DNA of 36,245 nt. Source: Gammaproteobacteria bacterium (GTDB taxonomy: Bacteria; Pseudomonadota; Gammaproteobacteria; JBFIID01). Each line of letters opens with the position of its first letter. The stretch's first letter is position 1. Of the stretch, positions 18,981 to 26,252 are shown piece after piece. The stretch is from the NCBI GenBank assembly GCA_041601415.1, contig JBFIID010000001.1:1-36245 (forward strand), written 5' to 3'. Below the pieces are notes generated by a model. The model was not told the origin of the DNA, did no database searches, and saw nothing but the letters and a program-made list of their open reading frames with translations. The position numbers and the translations under genes were made by a program.

Positions 18981-21497
18981 TCAGTTGTCACTCTCTCTAA
19001 AAGAAGCAAGGTCATCAAATAATGACTGTTCGTTCTGTTTACTTTTTTGCATCGCCTGCTCCGCACGCTTTGCGATTCGCTGCATTTGTTCCAGCATCCG
19101 AATATTTTCCTCTCGCTGGTTGGTAGAGTTTTCGAATTTCTCCTGATCTTGCGTCCATAACTCTATATCGTCTTCTATCATCTTTCGTAATTCGGCGGCA
19201 GTGTCTTCCGTACGTTTCATCTCCTGTGTATTGATGATCTGTGCATTATTTGCCGCCTTTTCTGCGAGTTGCGCAGATATCAGTTGCTCACGCGCCTGTT
19301 CAGCCATGGCTTCAACAGCGTTGATCTCATCCTGTAGCTTGGCCTGTTCAATGTTATCAGTTTCCTCTTCTGCGCGTTGTAACTGATTCAACCTTTCTAC
19401 TTCATTCTCAGCCTTCAGTCTTGCTGCTTCCGCCTCTTCACGTGCCTGAAGCGTGAGTTTTAACTCTTCCCGAATCCGTCGAGCCTCCTCCTCCAGCGTC
19501 TGCTTCTCCTGTCTCAGCTTTTCCTCTCCCAGTTCACGCGACTGATGATGTGAGGTTTTGAGTTCACTGATAATCTGTTCAGCTTCTTCTGTGGCAGCGC
19601 GCCTGGCGACTTCAGCTGCGACACGTGCTCGTTGTGCCTGATGAAGTTGCTGCGTTGTTCTGGCAAATTCACTTTCCAGTTTCTTTCTCTCCGTACGAAT
19701 TCTTTCCTCGGCCTCCATGCGCAGGCGCTGCTCCATCTGTTCCTGTTCCTCTGCCTGTTTCTTTAACTGTAATTCTGCCTGCTGCTTGAGTCGCTGGACC
19801 TCAGCCAACTGTGTGCGATTCGCGACACTCTGCTGCTCCAGTAGACGATGTTTGTTTTCCATCTCTACGGCAGCCTGTTCTTTCATTTTCTGTACACGTT
19901 GTAGTTCTTCCGTATTCCTGACGAAAACCTCTTCAAGCCGGGCTTTTTCTTCACGCATTCTTCGCTCTGATTCGGCCTGTAGCTGTTGAATTCTCTGCTC
20001 TTCCTGCAGACGCGTTTGTTCTACTTCTTTCTCAGCCTGTTCCTTCGCCGTGCTGATTTCCTGCTTCATTCGCTGCGCTTCCTGCAGTAGCTGATTGACA
20101 CGTTCAGCCTCTGCATTCATTTTTTCACGTTCCAGACGCAGTTTTTCCTCCAGCTCTTCCTCCATCTGACGACGCGCCGCCTCGACGACACTCCTGAGGT
20201 TTTCGGCCTCCTGCATCTGCAAATCTGCTTTCGCCAGGTCCGCCTTCAAACTGGCCGCTCTGACGCCAACATCCAGTGCAGACCTGTCATCCTCTTCCTG
20301 ACTCTGTTCGCCTGTCTCAGGATCAGCTGAAGCAGACTCCTGTTTCTGAGCGGGTAATTTTTCCTGTTGGTAATTAATTTCGGTAATGGATTCACTACTG
20401 TCAGGTTCATCGTCGACAGCATCTGCAAGCACCTGTGTATCTACACTGGCCGCAAAGGGCGTATTCATAATGCCCGATTCCAGATAACTCACATCAAGTC
20501 CCATCTTGCTCAGAAGATAGGCTGCAACCGAGGCACGACTGCTCACCTCTGAATAGATAATGTATTTTGTGTCTGGCGTGAGTTCACTGACCCGCTGGCG
20601 TAATTCTTTGAGGGGTATATTGATACTGCCAGGGATACTGCAGGCGGCGTGCTCATCCTGAAAGCGAATATCCAGCCAGACCCCGCCCGCTTCAACCAGG
20701 CTTATACCCTCTTCATAGCTCACCGAATTGAGCACCGGTTTTTTAATGAGTTCCGCGAAATCATCCTTGGTCAGTCGCATTACGGATCCCTCCGTTAACA
20801 TAACAACAGAGGCATTTCGCCGGGCACCTGAGACGAGTGCTTCTTCTCCGAAACTCTCCCCGGCGCGCAATTCAGCGAGCTGCACATCCTTTCCATCATC
20901 GGTGCTGCGCAATACCATGCAGCGCCCCTGCTGAATGATGTAATAATAATCTCCGGGTTCGCCCTGGGTAATTACCTTATCACCCGGCTTATAAGTCACC
21001 TCTTCCATGAGGCTGAAGATGCGCTGGATATTCGCGGCGGGAATACGCGAGAATAATTCCGACTCAAGCATTGTGCTCATCCAGTCGGCCTCATCATCTT
21101 CATCAGTTATTGTTATACCGGATGTGTCCTGAACATCTTCTGCATCGAGAGCAAGAAGCCGGTTCAATAAATCCTTGTCAAAACGGATCAGGATTGATTC
21201 ATGTGTGCATCTCGCCGACATCTGCCTCGGCTGTAATTGTGCCAGCGCATTACGCGCACCATCAGTGTCCTCCAGAACTTTTTTCACCAGAGAACCATCG
21301 GCATCCATCTCGACCTGACCTTTGAGCAGATAGTAAGCGTAGTTGTCACGGTCACCCTGTTTGAAAACCAGCTTCCCTTTCGGGTATTTAAACAACCTTC
21401 CCTGTTTTACGAGTTGATCCTGATACTTTTGCGACAGGCCATTGATAGGAATGAGGTTTTTAATCCGGCTCAGCAATTCTTCCTGTTGATTATCCAT
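18981..21497 (-). CDS. CNB(degenerate)-CNB-rhodanese-like-long coiled-coil protein, paralog 1 (838 aa)
   Basis: aa 15-120: CNB-like barrel lacking the FGE/R[ST]A cassette. Acidic linker DEDDEADW. aa 140-255: canonical CNB (GESFGEEALVSGARRNASV). aa 260-345: rhodanese-like (VWLDIRFQDEH...INIPL) whose active-site loop reads YSEVSSRAS, with no Cys. aa 407-838 (nt 18984-20279): uninterrupted E/Q/R/K/A-rich sequence typical of a coiled coil. Confidence 0.8.
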   Translation of the reverse strand: MDNQQEELLSRIKNLIPINGLSQKYQDQLVKQGRLFKYPKGKLVFKQGDRDNYAYYLLKGQVEMDADGSLVKKVLEDTDGARNALAQLQPRQMSARCTHESILIRFDKDLLNRLLALDAEDVQDTSGITITDEDDEADWMSTMLESELFSRIPAANIQRIFSLMEEVTYKPGDKVITQGEPGDYYYIIQQGRCMVLRSTDDGKDVQLAELRAGESFGEEALVSGARRNASVVMLTEGSVMRLTKDDFAELIKKPVLNSVSYEEGISLVEAGGVWLDIRFQDEHAACSIPGSINIPLKELRQRVSELTPDTKYIIYSEVSSRASVAAYLLSKMGLDVSYLESGIMNTPFAASVDTQVLADAVDDEPDSSESITEINYQQEKLPAQKQESASADPETGEQSQEEDDRSALDVGVRAASLKADLAKADLQMQEAENLRSVVEAARRQMEEELEEKLRLEREKMNAEAERVNQLLQEAQRMKQEISTAKEQAEKEVEQTRLQEEQRIQQLQAESERRMREEKARLEEVFVRNTEELQRVQKMKEQAAVEMENKHRLLEQQSVANRTQLAEVQRLKQQAELQLKKQAEEQEQMEQRLRMEAEERIRTERKKLESEFARTTQQLHQAQRARVAAEVARRAATEEAEQIISELKTSHHQSRELGEEKLRQEKQTLEEEARRIREELKLTLQAREEAEAARLKAENEVERLNQLQRAEEETDNIEQAKLQDEINAVEAMAEQAREQLISAQLAEKAANNAQIINTQEMKRTEDTAAELRKMIEDDIELWTQDQEKFENSTNQREENIRMLEQMQRIAKRAEQAMQKSKQNEQSLFDDLASFRESDN

Positions 21498-21658
21498 GCC
21501 ATGTCTCAGTAGTTTCGGTTATACGTTTAGCAGGAGTTTAGCATTGAAAAGCAGAGGATCGTGCCCTGAATGAGGAGATATTCAGGTCATTTTAACGAAT
21601 TGGAAGTAGCGGTGAGGTAAACAACAAACGGAATAAATACGAGGTTAATACCGGTTTA

Positions 21659-24253
21659 TCAATCGTCTTCCAGATCAAATTGCATAGAGAGTTCATTAAT
21701 CAGTTGAAGATCGTGCTGCTTGACGTCTTTACTGGCCTGTTCTGCTCTGGCCAGAATACGTTGCATTTCCTCACGTTGACGTTGCTCCAGACTACGCTGC
21801 TCATCACTATTGGCGTGGAGGGTCTGTTCGGTGATCCATTCCTGCAGGTCTGCTTCCAGTTGCTGACGCAGACCTTCCTCAGCCTCCTGCTGTTGATCCA
21901 GCTTAAGCCGATTATTCTCCTGGGCTGATTCTGCATCGGCATGTACTCGGCGTGCACTACGCAACTGATCGGATGCCTCGTGCAAACGTTCCTCGGTACT
22001 AGCAATGTCCTTTCCAATCTGTTGCTTTATACTATCTCCGGTGGCCTGCTTTTCAAGTAACCGTTTGGTGGCCTGTAAACGTTCCAGATCCTGTTCGGCA
22101 CGCTGCACCGCAAGTCCTGCATCTCGACTCGCGGTGCGCGAGACTAATAACATCTGTTGAATCCGGCTGGCTTCTACTTCAAGTTCTTTACGCTGTTCCT
22201 GCAGGCGTTGCTCCTGCTCCTTCATTGCCGCCTCATGTTCACGCCTGTATTCTTCGACAATTGCCTGCGCTTCACGGTTGGCGGCAATGCGTGTTTCCTC
22301 TGCGGTCTGTTTATCCTTTTGTGCCTGCTCAAGTAACTGACTGTTGTTCGCAAACTCCTGCTCAAGCCTGCGACGTTCAGCCAGCACCTCTGCTCGCATT
22401 TTCCGTTGTAGTGCTTCTTCTTTCCTGATCCTTTCCAACTGTTGTTGTTCGAGCTGTTTTTCAGCGGCTTTCTGGGCTGCTTGCATCACCTCTTTCATGC
22501 GTTGCACTTCACTCAACTGCTGACGATTTTCTTCAACCGTCCTGGACATTTCTCTACGTTCTTCAATCAGTCGGGCCTCTGCCTCCTGTTTAAGCTGTTT
22601 GATGTGTTCCAGTTCCTGAGTATTCCTGGCCGCGATCTGCTGCAATTTCTCCCGCTCAACTTCGAGGTTACGTTCCGCCTGTGTTTCAATTTCACGGATA
22701 CGTTGCTCAACCTTTACATGTGCCTCATTCGACTGTTGATCGGCGATCTGCTTGGCCTTCGCGATCTCCTGTTTAATCTGCTCTGCCTCATCAAGCATGG
22801 CCTTGGCACGCAGATTCTGATGTTCGATTTTCTCACGTTCGAGACGGAGCTTTTCCTCCATATCCCGTTCAATCTTTTCCCGTGCGAGTTCGAGCTCATG
22901 CTTCATTTGCACCGCATCGGAAAGAGATTCATTAATGCGCTGTTCCTGCTCCTTAAGCTTCAACTCCTGCTCACGCATTTGTGCCTCAGCACGCTGCTTC
23001 GCTCTTGCACCTTCAAGCTCGGCCTGTTTTTCCAGTCTTGCGGCCTCCTGCAACCTGATATTTGCGCGCGACAATTCACTATCCAGGGCCGCTGCACGCA
23101 CATCGGCAAGCACAGTCGCTCCACGATCCGGGGCCAAATTAGCCGGTTCTACAGAAGGCCTGGCAGTTTCTGTCACAGGCGTAGGGCTGATCGAGTTAAG
23201 ACCCGTCTCAAGAAAATACACGTCATAACCGAGATTAATCAGTATGAATGCCGCCACAGCAGCGAGACTGCCGTCGTCACAACAGGCGATATATGTCGAA
23301 TTTTCGTCAAGCCTTCTATGTTGAGCCCGAACCAACGGGAGGGGTAAGTTCAGGCTGTTTTCCAGAGACTTCTCGGCATGAGCCTGGGTAGAACGAACAT
23401 CTAGCCACACAGCACCCTCAGATACTCGTACGCGCGCCGTGTCGTTATTAACACCCTTCAAAATCGGCTTCAGCAGTAATTCGGCAAAGTGTTCCCGGTT
23501 GAGCCGCATCAACTCGCCATCTGAATCCATCGTCACAGAGGCGCTACGAATGGCGTTTGCAATGAGAGCCTCCTCACCAAAACAGTCTCCGGTATCGAGT
23601 TGCGCCAGTACGATGTCTTTCATGCCCACCGGAGATCGACGTGTGACACGCGCCTTGCCACTCTTGATGATGTAGTAGTAATCGCCCGGTTCACCCTGAC
23701 AAATGACAATTTCTCCAGCTTTCACTGGAATCGATTCCATACGACTAAATACCATCTGTATATTTGCCGCGGAGATTCGGGAGAACAGGGGGGAATTGAG
23801 GAGAATACTCATCCAGTCATCGTCATCCTCCTCTTCAAGGTCATGCACTTCGAAGTCGGCCTCATGAAGATTCCTTACCTCATCAAGCAAGCTCTCAAGC
23901 AATGTCCGTGAAGTACGGAACAGGGTAACGTCACTCACTGCTTTTGCGGTCATCTGACGTGGACGTAACTGTGACAGGCGGTATCTGGCCTCGTCACTAC
24001 CACCTTCAACCGTTTTCATCATCTGTCCATCACACTCAAGCTGCAACTTACCTTCCAGCAGATAAAACACGTGATCGTCTTTATCTCCCTGCCGGAATAT
24101 TGTTTGTCCTGCTGGGTAAGGTATAAGCTCGGACTGCTTAACGAGTTTTTTCTGTAACTCCAGGGGGAGGGAATTCAGGGGGTCAAGATCACGGATCACT
24201 TCTGGCATCAGGGTGACCAGGCCGGGATCGGAATGTTTTTTCGCTTGTATCAT
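21659..24253 (-). CDS. CNB(degenerate)-CNB-rhodanese-like-long coiled-coil protein, paralog 2 (864 aa)
   Basis: Same domain order as paralog 1: degenerate CNB, EEEDDDDW linker, canonical CNB (GDCFGEEALIANAIRSASV), then a rhodanese-like domain with loop IACCDDGSLA in which Cys is retained. aa 383-864 (nt 21662-23107) are E/Q/R/K/A-rich coiled coil. No obvious SD precedes the ATG at 24253. Confidence 0.8.
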   Translation of the reverse strand: MIQAKKHSDPGLVTLMPEVIRDLDPLNSLPLELQKKLVKQSELIPYPAGQTIFRQGDKDDHVFYLLEGKLQLECDGQMMKTVEGGSDEARYRLSQLRPRQMTAKAVSDVTLFRTSRTLLESLLDEVRNLHEADFEVHDLEEEDDDDWMSILLNSPLFSRISAANIQMVFSRMESIPVKAGEIVICQGEPGDYYYIIKSGKARVTRRSPVGMKDIVLAQLDTGDCFGEEALIANAIRSASVTMDSDGELMRLNREHFAELLLKPILKGVNNDTARVRVSEGAVWLDVRSTQAHAEKSLENSLNLPLPLVRAQHRRLDENSTYIACCDDGSLAAVAAFILINLGYDVYFLETGLNSISPTPVTETARPSVEPANLAPDRGATVLADVRAAALDSELSRANIRLQEAARLEKQAELEGARAKQRAEAQMREQELKLKEQEQRINESLSDAVQMKHELELAREKIERDMEEKLRLEREKIEHQNLRAKAMLDEAEQIKQEIAKAKQIADQQSNEAHVKVEQRIREIETQAERNLEVEREKLQQIAARNTQELEHIKQLKQEAEARLIEERREMSRTVEENRQQLSEVQRMKEVMQAAQKAAEKQLEQQQLERIRKEEALQRKMRAEVLAERRRLEQEFANNSQLLEQAQKDKQTAEETRIAANREAQAIVEEYRREHEAAMKEQEQRLQEQRKELEVEASRIQQMLLVSRTASRDAGLAVQRAEQDLERLQATKRLLEKQATGDSIKQQIGKDIASTEERLHEASDQLRSARRVHADAESAQENNRLKLDQQQEAEEGLRQQLEADLQEWITEQTLHANSDEQRSLEQRQREEMQRILARAEQASKDVKQHDLQLINELSMQFDLEDD

Positions 24254-24396
24254 GGTTAAGACGTCTGGTCGCCCTGTAGATCTGGTTTTGTTTATCTCAT
24301 TAGAGTGTTCTCAACGTCCTGTCGGCACTGTAAATCATTCGCATGCCTCCTATTTATCAGGAATCCCCATTCCAGTGAAGTTGTGTGGCAACCAAC

Positions 24397-24412
24397 TGTG
24401 AATAGATTCACG
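24397..24412. promoter_or_regulatory. CRP/FNR-type palindrome TGTGA-N6-TCACG
   Basis: TGTGAATAGATTCACG matches the CRP core consensus TGTGA-N6-TCACA at 9 of 10 positions. It sits in the divergent intergenic region between paralog 2 (start 24253, minus strand) and the DUF465 gene (start 24507, plus strand). A TATGCT -10-like hexamer lies at 24472-24477. Confidence 0.45.
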
Positions 24413-24506
24413 CAAATACCCAATTATTAAGCATTTTCACTTAAGTCCTAGGGCAAAAAATACGCATCTGCTATGCTACTCAGCAACACGGACACCCCAA
24501 CACACA

Positions 24507-24716
24507 ATGACAGATTTCGAAACAGAAACAGCACTCAGAACTCGCCTGCAGGAACTTGAAATAGAGCATCGGGATCTGGATGACGTGATTGAAAACATGA
24601 TTCAGAATCTTTACGTTGATCAGCTACTTATGCGTCGATTAAAGAAGCGGAAACTGCAAATCAAGGATCAGATTATCAGACTACGTAGTGAGTTAATACC
24701 CGATATTGATGCATAG
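24507..24716 (+). CDS. DUF465 (YdcH-like) small coiled-coil protein
   Basis: 69 aa with the family hallmark LQELEIEHRDLDDVI...RRLKKRKLQIKDQIIRL. Confidence 0.7.
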   Translation: MTDFETETALRTRLQELEIEHRDLDDVIENMIQNLYVDQLLMRRLKKRKLQIKDQIIRLRSELIPDIDA

Positions 24717-24887
24717 TTGATCAGCACGGAATGAAGCTCCGACTTTGACTGTCGTCACAAAGTGACATATTTCGGCAGTAGCCATACCCGCCAGGACCAG
24801 CCGCAAACACTTACCGGAACAACAGAAAGATCATAACGCACTGTTTTTATTGCTATTTATTGCCTTTTACCTGACGATATTGGTATC

Positions 24888-24903
24888 TGGCACAGAACCT
24901 GCT
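24888..24903 (+). promoter_or_regulatory. Candidate sigma-54 (-24/-12) promoter
   Basis: TGGCACAGAACCTGCT against the consensus TGGCACG-N4-TTGCW. GG and GC have the exact canonical spacing, and its first nine bases, as I recall them, match the E. coli glnAp2 core. It lies 38 nt upstream of the ATG at 24941. Upstream there is a 10-nt-phased direct repeat TTTATTGC (24846-24853 and 24856-24863) and a palindrome GTCAC-AAA-GTGAC (24755-24767). Confidence 0.5.
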
Positions 24904-24940
24904 CTATCCACTATAGGAACAAACACAGCAGGGGATTCAA

Positions 24941-25201
24941 ATGCATTTCAACGAACTGAACCAGGTTTCATTCCGTGAAAAACAGTTGTTAAACGACATT
25001 TTTGCCTGTGAGCAAACTCTGGGCAGAAAAGAAGAAGAATTAATGGAAGACCTGGCCTACTATCAGGGCAGGTTGATGGCAGCTAAACAGTCCCCAACTC
25101 AAACCGAGTTATACCAGGAACACATTCATGCAATTCAGGCCCTGCTGGCTGAAATCTACCTGGATGCGGAAGTCGCTACTGAGGAATTCTGCTACGCCTG
25201 A
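24941..25201 (+). CDS. Hypothetical helical protein (86 aa)
   Basis: ORF with an AGGGGA SD 7 nt upstream, downstream of the sigma-54-like promoter, followed by a 9-bp hairpin. I recognise no motif. Confidence 0.55.
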   Translation: MHFNELNQVSFREKQLLNDIFACEQTLGRKEEELMEDLAYYQGRLMAAKQSPTQTELYQEHIHAIQALLAEIYLDAEVATEEFCYA

Positions 25202-25227
25202 GTAATACCGTTGTTCCACACACATTC

Positions 25228-25249
25228 GCCCAACAGATAACTGTTGGGC
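25228..25249 (+). terminator. Stem-loop after the 86-aa gene (possible terminator or attenuator)
   Basis: Perfect 9-bp stem GCCCAACAG / CTGTTGGGC with loop ATAA, 27 nt after the stop. No T-tract follows, so intrinsic termination is uncertain. Confidence 0.35.
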
Positions 25250-25383
25250 CACATACCACACCTCCTATTTAGCTCTTCCTGACACCCGAAACTGTGTGCT
25301 ATCCATTACAGTGCACAGACAGGGATATGATCTGTTATGCTTTCGCTATAGTGTACTAATCGGCAACCAGGAAGTGCTTACCG

Positions 25384-26226
25384 ATGGATTACCATATCAG
25401 CAAAAAAATCTTGATACTTGATGATCAGCCTGAGATCACCAGTATGCTTGAGATCCAGATAGGTCAGACGTTTGACTGTGTCTTTGTTAACGATCCCTCA
25501 GAAGCCCTGTCCCTGCTGCTTGCAGAAGGGCCGTTTGCTGTAATCATGTCTGATTACCAGATGCCGGGAATGGACGGCGTTACCTTCCTGCAGGAGGCCA
25601 ATGCAAGAAGTCCAGACAGCATTCCAATAATGCTGACCTCTCATATCGATATAGACATTGCGGTTGCGGCCTTGCATGAAGGCAATATTTTCCGGTTTCT
25701 GCGCAAGCCCTGGGAACGGGATGTCATCGTCAAGTCCATCACTGATGCAATGGAACTCTATCGGATAAAAGTCTCGGAACGACTACTGAAAAGAGATCTT
25801 GAACAGGCCAATGAGGAATTGTCGGCTAAGGTTCAGCAACTGATGGAAAGCAATAGCCTGCTGCAACACTGGGTGGAATTCAGCCCGGCAGTAGTGTACT
25901 CACTCGAAGAGCATGATGACGGTTATAAAACCAGTTATGTGAGCAAAAACTTTGAAGATTTGTGTGGCTATGATCGTACCGAATTGTTATCCAATCCGAA
26001 GTTCTGGCTGGATCTGATCCATCCCGATGACCGTTCCAGCGCGATAAAAACAATCATGAACGCTCTGAGCTCGGATCAGGATCCGGGCGTCTACTCGTAT
26101 CGTATCAAACACCGAAACGGTGACTACATAACAATCCAGGATGCCTCGAGAATCGCCTATAACCCGGTCAATAATCGCAAGGAACTGATTGGTGCATGGA
26201 CCAGAATTAATACCACAGCCAACTAG
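25384..26226 (+). CDS. Response regulator: receiver (REC) domain, coiled-coil linker, PAS domain; no enzymatic or DNA-binding output
   Basis: REC with an intact acidic pocket (LILDDQ), phospho-acceptor Asp (VIMSDYQMPGMDG), Thr/Ser (MLTS) and Lys (FLRKPW). A helical linker follows (LKRDLEQANEELSAKVQQLMESN), then a PAS fold (SPAVVYSLEE...YVSKNFEDLCGYDRTELL...IHPDD...YRIKHRNGDY). Confidence 0.8.
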   Translation: MDYHISKKILILDDQPEITSMLEIQIGQTFDCVFVNDPSEALSLLLAEGPFAVIMSDYQMPGMDGVTFLQEANARSPDSIPIMLTSHIDIDIAVAALHEGNIFRFLRKPWERDVIVKSITDAMELYRIKVSERLLKRDLEQANEELSAKVQQLMESNSLLQHWVEFSPAVVYSLEEHDDGYKTSYVSKNFEDLCGYDRTELLSNPKFWLDLIHPDDRSSAIKTIMNALSSDQDPGVYSYRIKHRNGDYITIQDASRIAYNPVNNRKELIGAWTRINTTAN

Positions 26227-26252
26227 CTGGTTTTCTGTTCTTATCTGAAATC

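Noticed and set aside
21565-21586. A hairpin CCTGAAT-N8-ATTCAGG in the 161-nt gap between the two giant paralogs, considered as a terminator for paralog 2.
   Set aside because: The stem is only 7 bp, and on the minus strand no T-tract follows it. I cannot distinguish a terminator from a processing or structural site, so it is not listed as a feature.
22442-23347. A 301-aa plus-strand ORF (and smaller ones at 19201-19386, 19717-19989, 21680-21928, 22225-22428 and 22935-23228) lying inside the coiled-coil coding regions.
   Set aside because: These are mirror-image artefacts. Antisense reading of GAA/GAG/CAG/AAG/CGN-rich codons gives Leu/Phe/Cys/Ser-rich stop-free frames (LFELFFSGFLGCLHHLFHALHF...). 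They have no start context and no recognisable domain, whereas the minus-strand proteins have clear CNB and rhodanese domains.
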